NCBI GenBank assembly: GCA_017513085.1
Contig: JAFWDK010000019.1
Coordinates: 32,001 to 96,000, forward strand
Direction: 5' to 3'
DNA: 64,000 nt
Source: Clostridiales bacterium
Lineage (GTDB): Bacteria; Bacillota; Clostridia; Saccharofermentanales; Saccharofermentanaceae
Numbering within the stretch: the first letter of the stretch is position 1; each line of letters opens with the position of its first letter. The notes beneath the pieces are model-generated. The model did not search any database and had not been told where the DNA came from. It saw only the letters and a program-made list of their open reading frames with translations. This document shows positions 56,578 through 64,000 of this stretch, in pieces. A program made the position numbers and the translations under genes.

Positions 56578-59094
56578 TCACTCACCACGACGGGTCGGCT
56601 CTCTCTTTGCCTGGACCGGACGAGGTTTTACATCCGCAAAATACTTTCTTCCGAAATCTTCCGGTGAAAGCGGTCGTGCATAGTAGTAACCCTGGAAGAT
56701 ATCTACACCCAAAGCACGTATACGGGAAGCTTTCTGCGCAGTCTCGATACCCTCGACGCACACTGTCATGCCGATAGTACGTGTCAGGAGAACGATAGCG
56801 GAAATAAAGGATGTATTAAAACGATCATCCTGATCCACAAATGCACGGTCGATCTTGATCTCGTCGACCGGGAATTCACGAAGATAATTAAACGACGAAT
56901 ATCCGGTACCAAAGTCATCCAGAGCAATTCGGATACCGTTGTTACGGAGTTTAAGCATATTCTGACGGCAAATAGCCAGATTCTTCATCAACGTGGTTTC
57001 CGTGATCTCCAGAAGCACATTCTTCGGTTTCAATCCATATTCACCGAGCAACTGGATCACATATTCCGCAAAATCGATCCTGGCCATATCTTCTGCCGTA
57101 ACATTGATATGCACATAAAAATCTTCCGGAACACCACTGTCGATCCATTCCTTGCACTGACCCATAGCCGTGCGCAGGATCCAGTCACCGACCACATTCA
57201 TTTGTCCTGTAGCGGTAACCGCAGCAATAACTTTCTCCGGGCTCACAAGATTACCGTTCGGAGACATCCAGCGGAGCAATGCTTCACATCCGACAAGACG
57301 TTCAGAGCGCGCATCCACAAGCGGCTGGAAGTATAAAAGGAAGCTCTTGTTTCCTTCACGGATGGACTTGGAGATCTGGAACTCGAAATCCAATCTTTCC
57401 TTCAGCTCCATCTTGTATTGCGGAGTATAGATCGAATACGAAACACGCGCATCCTGCTTGACCTTATGTAAAGCGATCTCCGCATTTACAAGGAGTTCTT
57501 CCGCACTATTTCCGCAAGACGGGAAAAGCGCTGCACTCATGGAAAAAGATGCATAGATCGAACTACGGTCCAAAGTAAGCGGAGCATTCATCTCCTCTTT
57601 AAATGCTTTCATGAAATGCTCAACCTGTACGCGTGAAGCATGCGGCCACAAGACACAGAATGTATCTATCGAAATATGGTAAAGCGATCCTTCCTTCGGA
57701 AGACTGTCACGGAGTTTCTTGGCAACTGCCACCAGAAGTTTCTCACCGGTGGAACGGCCATAACGGTCATTAAAGACATGGAAATCCTTTATGTCCACAA
57801 GAACCATCGCCGCCGAAAGAACATTACGGTTATGGATCAGGGTCTCGGCATCTGCCAAAAGACGTCCCCGTACAGGCAGTCCGGTCAATTCATTACGCGA
57901 GGAATTTCTTTCCACATTCTCACGAACTTCGTTCATACTGGTCAGATCGAAGATCGTACCGATCAGGATAAACGCCTGCTTGTTATTGTCATATACAGTC
58001 TTACCACGACAGGCAAGCCAGCGGATCTGATCATCTACGCCCCATACACGGAACTCGATGGAGAAGTTATCTTTCTCCTCATCGACCAGATATGTAAATG
58101 TCTCGATGAAACGGCGACGGTCATCCTCGATGACCTCTTCCGCCATCCGGTTGATAAGGTCTCCGGTATATGTGAGCTCCATATCCGGGAATGTATTACG
58201 GATGTTTTCGGAGAAAGTCAGGATCTCACGCTTCATGTCCGCCGTGAAAGTAATTGCCTCCGAACCGTCGATAATGATCCTCTGGAAGGAATCCGTCTGT
58301 TTACGGTCTGTAACATCCAGGAAAATACCGATGAGATATTTCTTCTTATCCGGAGCCGTAAAACGGAATACGCCACAGGAATGGATCCAGACTTCACCCT
58401 TCAACGGAGAGAAAATACGGAAATCCTTGGCCCGGCTCTTCTTGCCCCAGGCCGAATTATCCAGCACAGAAACAAAAGCGGCGTAATCTTCCGGATGAAC
58501 ATAATTGCTCAATTCTCTTGAAGCATGAGACAATTCACGTGTCGGGATCTCGACCAGCTCTGCCAAAGAAGAATTAAAGCGGCAAAAATCTTCTGTCTCA
58601 TCATAGCAAAGCACATATCCGTCGATCGCATCGCTCAACAGTTTCTCGTAAACGATTTCACCAAACCGCTGGGTACGGTCTTCGATCATTCCGAAAATGA
58701 TGGAGTGATTATCTTTCTTGACCGTCTGCATGCTGACACGGATATGATATGTATGGCCGGAATAAGAAGCCAGGTTGTGTTCAATGGTAACGACTTTGTG
58801 GTTATCGGCGATCAAGTCATAGAAAGCCTCTTCATAGCGGACGACCAGAGCACGACGCTCAGACGGGTCTGCATACTGCAGATAGGCGTCCATGATCATA
58901 TCCTGGGAGGCAACCGGTCCTAATACCGAAACCATTCCGGGAGAAAAGAAAAACCGTTTATCTTTAGGAAAAACCACAAAAGTACAAAGAGCAACTTTTT
59001 CAACCAGGCCCTCCGCCTGAGCTAAAAGCTGCGGATCCAGACAGATTGAAGAGTCGTATAACTCAGATCCAAACCCTGAATCATCTGCAACCAT
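56578..59094 (-). CDS. PAS-GGDEF-EAL protein, likely c-di-GMP phosphodiesterase
   Basis: PAS/PAC segments; GGDEF motif degenerate (SIDTF); EAL, EITE, DDFGTGYSS, KID, EGIE, QG intact. Confidence 0.9.
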   Translation of the reverse strand: MVADDSGFGSELYDSSICLDPQLLAQAEGLVEKVALCTFVVFPKDKRFFFSPGMVSVLGPVASQDMIMDAYLQYADPSERRALVVRYEEAFYDLIADNHKVVTIEHNLASYSGHTYHIRVSMQTVKKDNHSIIFGMIEDRTQRFGEIVYEKLLSDAIDGYVLCYDETEDFCRFNSSLAELVEIPTRELSHASRELSNYVHPEDYAAFVSVLDNSAWGKKSRAKDFRIFSPLKGEVWIHSCGVFRFTAPDKKKYLIGIFLDVTDRKQTDSFQRIIIDGSEAITFTADMKREILTFSENIRNTFPDMELTYTGDLINRMAEEVIEDDRRRFIETFTYLVDEEKDNFSIEFRVWGVDDQIRWLACRGKTVYDNNKQAFILIGTIFDLTSMNEVRENVERNSSRNELTGLPVRGRLLADAETLIHNRNVLSAAMVLVDIKDFHVFNDRYGRSTGEKLLVAVAKKLRDSLPKEGSLYHISIDTFCVLWPHASRVQVEHFMKAFKEEMNAPLTLDRSSIYASFSMSAALFPSCGNSAEELLVNAEIALHKVKQDARVSYSIYTPQYKMELKERLDFEFQISKSIREGNKSFLLYFQPLVDARSERLVGCEALLRWMSPNGNLVSPEKVIAAVTATGQMNVVGDWILRTAMGQCKEWIDSGVPEDFYVHINVTAEDMARIDFAEYVIQLLGEYGLKPKNVLLEITETTLMKNLAICRQNMLKLRNNGIRIALDDFGTGYSSFNYLREFPVDEIKIDRAFVDQDDRFNTSFISAIVLLTRTIGMTVCVEGIETAQKASRIRALGVDIFQGYYYARPLSPEDFGRKYFADVKPRPVQAKREPTRRGE

Positions 59095-59123
59095 ACTACA
59101 TCCCCCGACACACTTACTATGCC

Positions 59124-59951
59124 TTATTGTAACATCTCAAGCACCTCGGCGTATAGTGTTTTTTTGTTTTCTCCCCATTCTTGCGAAAGAATTTTCGCAA
59201 TTTCCTTCGTCGGATACCCCTCTTCGCGCAGTTGCAGGATCCTATTTTTCCGATCCTCAGGGGACAACGTCTTCGCCTCTTCTGCCTTTACTCCCTCCAG
59301 GATCACGACGAACTCCCCTTTCGGCGGCACCTCCTCAAAATGCGAGATCAATTCGTCGATCGTTCCTCTTACCACCTCTTCGTAGCGCTTGGTCAGTTCA
59401 CGACAGCAGGACGCTCTTCTCTGACCATTCCCACACGAAGCAAGGTCGGAAAGCGTCCTTAAAAGGCGATGCGGAGCTTCATACAAGATCGTGGTCGTCG
59501 GCATATGACTGACCACCTGAAGACGTTCTTTACGTTCTTTCGTCTCCACAGGAAGAAACCCTTCAAAATAGTAATGCCTCGTATCCAGTCCCGAAAGCAC
59601 CAGCGCGGTAATTCCTGCTACCGGTCCGGGGACCGCTGTCACTTCTATGTTTTCCTCTATGCAGGCCTTGACGAGATCTTCGCCCGGATCAGAGATGCTC
59701 GGCATACCGGCATCAGAGACCAAAGCCACATCCACACCGGCTCGGAGAAGTCCAAGGAGTTTCTCTCCATGGGAAGCTTTGTTATGTTCGTGATAGCTGA
59801 TCAGGTGCGAGGTGATCTCAAAGTGAGACAGAAGAAGTCCTGTCCGCCTGGTATCTTCGCAAGCAACATATTCCACACTCTTTAATACTTCTATGGCTCT
59901 CGGAGAAAGATCCCCCATATTTCCGATCGGTGTTCCTACCAGATATAGCAT
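59124..59951 (-). CDS. rsmI: 16S rRNA Cm1402 methyltransferase
   Basis: LYLVGTPIGN, ACEDTR, VSDAGMPSISDPG, YEAPHR, RELTKRYEE, KGEF. Confidence 0.97.
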   Translation of the reverse strand: MLYLVGTPIGNMGDLSPRAIEVLKSVEYVACEDTRRTGLLLSHFEITSHLISYHEHNKASHGEKLLGLLRAGVDVALVSDAGMPSISDPGEDLVKACIEENIEVTAVPGPVAGITALVLSGLDTRHYYFEGFLPVETKERKERLQVVSHMPTTTILYEAPHRLLRTLSDLASCGNGQRRASCCRELTKRYEEVVRGTIDELISHFEEVPPKGEFVVILEGVKAEEAKTLSPEDRKNRILQLREEGYPTKEIAKILSQEWGENKKTLYAEVLEMLQ

Positions 59952-59954
59952 TCA

Positions 59955-60731
59955 TTATTCCTCACTGTAGATCTTTTTCAATTCATCAGTATATTCAAGG
60001 TCCGGTCCCCGCAGGATCAAGGGCGGGTCGATCATTGTACCGGAAAGTTTGCCGTCTTTTTTAGCAGACATCAGATAAAGTGTTGCCGGTCTTCCTGAAA
60101 AAGGATAGACAAAACGAAGATGTTTAGGTGCCAGATTCTCTTTATAGCAGGCCTTCATGACATCTGCAAGAGTCTCCGCGCGATCCACAAGAAAAAGATC
60201 CCCTTTCGGCACCAGCATTTTGGCAGCGCAGGAAATAAAATCTTCCACTTCGCCATGCATAGCAAACCTGGCCTCAAGAAGTGCACGGCTATGCACATCC
60301 ACTTCTGTAACAGGTCCGCTTCCCTGCTTTCGAAACGGAGGATTGGCAAAAACCACATCATAATGGTTTTTTAATACACTCTCCGTCGGAAGATTCCGGA
60401 TATCCGCCACTTCCCCGCGTACACGGTCTGAAAGGCTGTTCATACGGATATTTCTTTCAAATACCTCCTCAGCTTTTTCCTGTCTTTCTACCGCATCGAT
60501 CCGGACGTCTTTTCTTCGCGCGGCAAGAAGGATCGAAGCCGCTCCGCAATTACATCCAAGTTCCAGCACACGAAGCGGGTCTTTCTGTCGCAAACGGGCA
60601 TTTTCCGCCACAAACCAGGAAAGCAGGACCGTATCTTCGCCGAAGCGAAAACCATCTTTACGCTGGATCAGGCGCATGCCTGCCCTGCCAAGCTCTTCCA
60701 TTGTTTCTGTTTCCGGATCAAAAATATCCAC
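59955..60731 (-). CDS. tRNA1(Val) A37 N6-methyltransferase (YabB/TrmN6-like)
   Basis: FRFGEDTVLL, LELGCNCG, NPPF; upstream of rsmI. Confidence 0.85.
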   Translation of the reverse strand: MDIFDPETETMEELGRAGMRLIQRKDGFRFGEDTVLLSWFVAENARLRQKDPLRVLELGCNCGAASILLAARRKDVRIDAVERQEKAEEVFERNIRMNSLSDRVRGEVADIRNLPTESVLKNHYDVVFANPPFRKQGSGPVTEVDVHSRALLEARFAMHGEVEDFISCAAKMLVPKGDLFLVDRAETLADVMKACYKENLAPKHLRFVYPFSGRPATLYLMSAKKDGKLSGTMIDPPLILRGPDLEYTDELKKIYSEE

Positions 60732-60746
60732 GAATCCTCCAGATTA

Positions 60747-60785
60747 TAAAAAGAGATCTGCATCCTATTCGGGTACAGATCTCTC
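60747..60785 (-). terminator. Intrinsic terminator after ferredoxin
   Basis: GAGATCTG...CAGATCTC stem followed by TTTTT on the minus strand. Confidence 0.75.
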
Positions 60786-60807
60786 ACATTCAATTCACTA
60801 TCTCTTA

Positions 60808-60978
60808 TTAGCCCTGAGAAATTGCACCTGTCGGGCAAGCAGCTTCACAAGAACCGCACTCAAGACAAAGATCAGGATTGATCTCATACTTACCGTCGCC
60901 CTGGGAAATAGCGCCTACCGGGCACTCACCCTCGCAGCTACCGCAAGAAAGACATGCGTCAGAAATTACATATGCCAT
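60808..60978 (-). CDS. Clostridial-type 2x[4Fe-4S] ferredoxin
   Basis: CLSCGSCEGECP and CLECGSCEAACP; 56 aa; AAGGAGG RBS. Confidence 0.95.
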   Translation of the reverse strand: MAYVISDACLSCGSCEGECPVGAISQGDGKYEINPDLCLECGSCEAACPTGAISQG

Positions 60979-61093
60979 ACTGATATCCTCCTTTATCTGG
61001 TCTATGATTTCATTAAACACTATTTTTTTCTTTTTGTAAATATAACTATTTTCGTCGCTTCTGCGATATAAAAACAGCTTATTACCGAACAAA

Positions 61094-61912
61094 TCAGATC
61101 ATCTGGCGATTATTGCCGTTCCGGTCTGCAACAAAAGATAAGAAAACAGAATCCAGAACAATAAGAGCGACAACCAGAGCAAGGATCACAAGGTTGGAAG
61201 TGTTAGCCATAAGAACGACGGCCACCACAGTACCGAGCAGAACAAGCGAGGCAATATTGGCCAGTTTTTTGGAAAGATTAGCCAGAGCCGCAACAACTGA
61301 AGCGAAAAGATAGAGGCTAAGGAAAACAAACATGAGCATAAGGAAAGCAAAGATATAGATCTTTACATTCACAGACGGGTATTTGGTAACCACCTCATCG
61401 TAAGTATATCCGCCAATCGGAAGGAAAGATCTTTCCCCGAGGAGATAAAGTCCGTTATCGTATGTCAGACACCCGTTTCCGAAGAAACCTGCCAGAGTGT
61501 GGATCGCTGTTGCAATCGCCGCACAAATACCTACAGCTGCAAATTTGCTCAAGAAGCGCTTGAAGAAGGAACCTTCATCGGACTCCTCGTCAGAATGGAT
61601 GTCACGAAGCACGTCATACGACATGTAAATCAAAACGATAGCGAGAGTAATAAGGGAGCAGACCGGAATGATCTTTTCAATGAAAGCAGACTGAAAGAAA
61701 CGGATCCATGGTTCTTCCTCGCTGGTATAACCGGCATAAGAAATACGAAGCCAGCCTTCACGAAGAATGCTATCATACTTAAACCACAGAAACTGAACGG
61801 CACTTGCCAGGATCAACGTGATCATGGTTGCAATCATAGTGCACTTGGCATATTTCTTCATCTCAACACCCAAAGTGCCACGGCCGGTGATCAAAAACTT
61901 GTCTTTACTCAT
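61094..61912 (-). CDS. Multi-pass membrane protein, unknown function
   Basis: About 6 hydrophobic helices; GGGAGG RBS. Confidence 0.75.
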   Translation of the reverse strand: MSKDKFLITGRGTLGVEMKKYAKCTMIATMITLILASAVQFLWFKYDSILREGWLRISYAGYTSEEEPWIRFFQSAFIEKIIPVCSLITLAIVLIYMSYDVLRDIHSDEESDEGSFFKRFLSKFAAVGICAAIATAIHTLAGFFGNGCLTYDNGLYLLGERSFLPIGGYTYDEVVTKYPSVNVKIYIFAFLMLMFVFLSLYLFASVVAALANLSKKLANIASLVLLGTVVAVVLMANTSNLVILALVVALIVLDSVFLSFVADRNGNNRQMI

Positions 61913-62148
61913 AAATACCTCCCTTAATCTTCTTCATGTCTGTTTGGAGCACCCAAACAGCAACACATCTAACCAAGGTCGGTATATTATAGATAAATCA
62001 CATGAAAGTAAAGTGGGTTTTGAAAACTTTTATCTTCTCAACAAATCCACGCGAGCCGAAGCAAAAAAATTCTGGCAAATACCCATGTAATTAAAAGTGT
62101 TTTTGACATTTATCGCATTTTGCAAGAATCAGACGACCGAAACCGATA

Positions 62149-63054
62149 TCATTCTTCAAGAGGAGGATTCTCTTCCTTATCTTCCTGTTTTGGAGCAATC
62201 TTCTTTCTCGGGCAGTCTTCTTTGCATTTCGGCTGCGGTTGCGGTGGATTCAGAAGAGTAACTTCCGATGCATCAAAGACCTCCATTTCAGTCTCCTCAT
62301 CCTTTTCAAAACGCACCGTCACACGTTCACGAAGCAGGTCCGAATACATGACCACACCGATACCATTCGGTGTCTTGACCTTCTTACCTACCTTCGGTAC
62401 ACGTTTATTCGCATCTTCGTACGCCGCCTCTTCATAAGAAAGGCAGCACATCAGACGACCACAGGTTCCGGTCAGCTTTGCCGGATTCATCGAAAGCCCC
62501 TGATCCTTGGCCATACGGATCGTAACCGGCAGGAACTGATCCAGATATGAACAGCAGCATAGTTCGCGTCCGCAGATACCTAATCCACCCACCATCTTCG
62601 CCTGCTCTCTCGAACCGATCTGACGAAGTTCGATCCTGGTACGGAAACAGGACGTAAGATCTTTGACCAATTCTCTAAAGTCGACACGTTTTTCAGCGGT
62701 GAAGTAGAACGTCAGCTTCTTGCCGTCAAACGTATAAACCGCCTCAACCAGCGTCATCGGCAGCTCTCTCTTCTCAATAAATTCCAGGCACTTGATAAAA
62801 GCACTTTGTTCGCGCTTTTTCTTCTCGGCATAGTGATCCATCTCTGTATCCGTCGCCATGCGAAGCACCGGAAGGATCGTCTCATCCAGTTTCTCATCCG
62901 GAAGATCAAAAGGCTCATCCACTACAAAAGCAATATCCTGTCCGAGTGCGGTATTGACCATGACCGCATCGCCAACCTTCAGTTTAAAATCACCTGCAAG
63001 GAAACGATAAGGTTTTCCCGCATCATGGAACCTCAAATTCACTACTTTAGCCAT
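62149..63054 (-). CDS. yaaT: PSP1 domain protein YaaT/RicT
   Basis: FYFTAEKRVDFRELVKDL, RIELRQIG, GICGRELCC, CGRLMCCL; follows holB. Confidence 0.93.
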   Translation of the reverse strand: MAKVVNLRFHDAGKPYRFLAGDFKLKVGDAVMVNTALGQDIAFVVDEPFDLPDEKLDETILPVLRMATDTEMDHYAEKKKREQSAFIKCLEFIEKRELPMTLVEAVYTFDGKKLTFYFTAEKRVDFRELVKDLTSCFRTRIELRQIGSREQAKMVGGLGICGRELCCCSYLDQFLPVTIRMAKDQGLSMNPAKLTGTCGRLMCCLSYEEAAYEDANKRVPKVGKKVKTPNGIGVVMYSDLLRERVTVRFEKDEETEMEVFDASEVTLLNPPQPQPKCKEDCPRKKIAPKQEDKEENPPLEE

Positions 63055-64000
63055 TCATATACTCCTTTTTCAGCGCCAGAAGCATCTGGCAGACCAATAT
63101 CTCAAAATTTCCATTCGCGCGGAAAGCTTTTGCCGCCGTTGAAATCACTTTCGAACAGCGCTCGATCTGGCTCACGCGCAGCTTATTCTTCTTAATCACG
63201 CTCATCATCTTATCTTTTTTGCCCTCACCATGCAAGCACGGAGATTGAGGGGCAACGATCAGGATCGCCATCTCATCAAAGATCATATCCAGAAGAGCCA
63301 GCAGATCCGGGAAGTGTTCTTTTTCCTCTTCAAAGAACGTATATGTGTCGGTAAGAAGATCAGCTCTTGTTTTTTCCGACAAGGTCAATACAAGGTCCAT
63401 CACTTCCTCCCAGGCGTCCACCAGCCAGGTGGTCTCCATCAGCGACATCGCGTAACCGATGATTCCTCTTGAAAAGCGCGAATAGAGTTTGGCTTCCTCT
63501 TCGAGAATATCCGGATCCTTCTTACGCAGTACGGAATAGACTTCCTCATCCGTATTCGGCACCATACGTATAGACACCGTTCTGGATAACACCGTAGGAA
63601 GAAGTTTTGAATCGTCAGACACCGTCAAAAGGAAAACTACATGTTTCGGTGGCTCTTCCAAAGTCTTAAGAAGCGCATTCTGCCCTTCTTCCGCTAATCC
63701 GTCCGCATCGATCAGATAAACTTTCCGTTCCGCGATCTGAGAAAGAATACCTACATCGGAAAGGATCCTGGATCGTACATCAGCCACCTTGATATTCTTC
63801 TCCCCGTCAGGAAGCAGCAACTCCCTATAGTCGGGATGAGTATGTTCACGCATGTATATGCAGTTCGGGCATGTCCCGCAACCGCCATCCTTGGTAGGAT
63901 GGCTGCAAAGAAGTCCTTTGGCAAATTCTCTGGCCAAAGTCTTCTTGCCGATCCCGGAAGGACCTACGAATAAAAAAGCATGCCCCGGTTCACCAAGAAG
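63047..64000 (-). CDS. holB: DNA polymerase III delta-prime subunit (5' end outside the window)
   Basis: Frame extends to the window edge (HAFLFVGPSGIGK), Zn motif C...CGTCPNC, HPD, NALLKTLEEPP, LLPTVLSR. Confidence 0.93.
   Translation of the reverse strand, partial: LLGEPGHAFLFVGPSGIGKKTLAREFAKGLLCSHPTKDGGCGTCPNCIYMREHTHPDYRELLLPDGEKNIKVADVRSRILSDVGILSQIAERKVYLIDADGLAEEGQNALLKTLEEPPKHVVFLLTVSDDSKLLPTVLSRTVSIRMVPNTDEEVYSVLRKKDPDILEEEAKLYSRFSRGIIGYAMSLMETTWLVDAWEEVMDLVLTLSEKTRADLLTDTYTFFEEEKEHFPDLLALLDMIFDEMAILIVAPQSPCLHGEGKKDKMMSVIKKNKLRVSQIERCSKVISTAAKAFRANGNFEILVCQMLLALKKEYMNG

Noticed and set aside
57560-57900. Active diguanylate cyclase
   Set aside because: The GGDEF motif is replaced by SIDTF; only the EAL motifs are intact.
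61930-61970. Hairpin CTGTTTGG-agcac-CCAAACAG upstream of the membrane gene as a possible riboswitch
   Set aside because: Single stem with no recognisable aptamer motif.

Overview
Chromosomal window from an anaerobic Firmicute (Clostridia-like gene content and order; inference). It is mostly housekeeping genes on the minus strand: rimP-nusA-ylxR-ylxQ-infB-rbfA-DHH-truB-ribF-lgt-rodA, mraZ-rsmH, T-box-controlled thrS, uvrB-dnaE-pfkA-mutS2, metG-tatD, mreB-like/rho, leuS (plus strand) and holB-yaaT-ferredoxin-trmN6-rsmI. Several accessory pockets stand out. (1) A visibly AT-richer islet at about 13.7-17.5 kb holds a translationally coupled DUF4417 / Tox-GHH-like nuclease / acidic immunity-like triad, transcribed divergently from a 443-aa unknown gene across 11-bp tandem repeats and a structured leader. 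This is the best candidate for an undescribed system. (2) A nucleosidase-like / spore-photoproduct-lyase-like radical SAM / SDR operon sits back-to-back with a LexA-box-flanked Y-family polymerase-YolD cassette, and the rSAM appears to lack SplB radical-relay residues. (3) Six zinc-ribbon proteins occur, including an SPFH protein and a tandem array of three diverged membrane paralogs. (4) luxE-luxC lie directly after leuS with no luciferase in the window. (5) Rho, IF2 and Lgt carry long disordered extensions. No tRNA, rRNA, CRISPR array or transposase/integrase was recognised. All family calls come from motif recognition by eye, not database searches.
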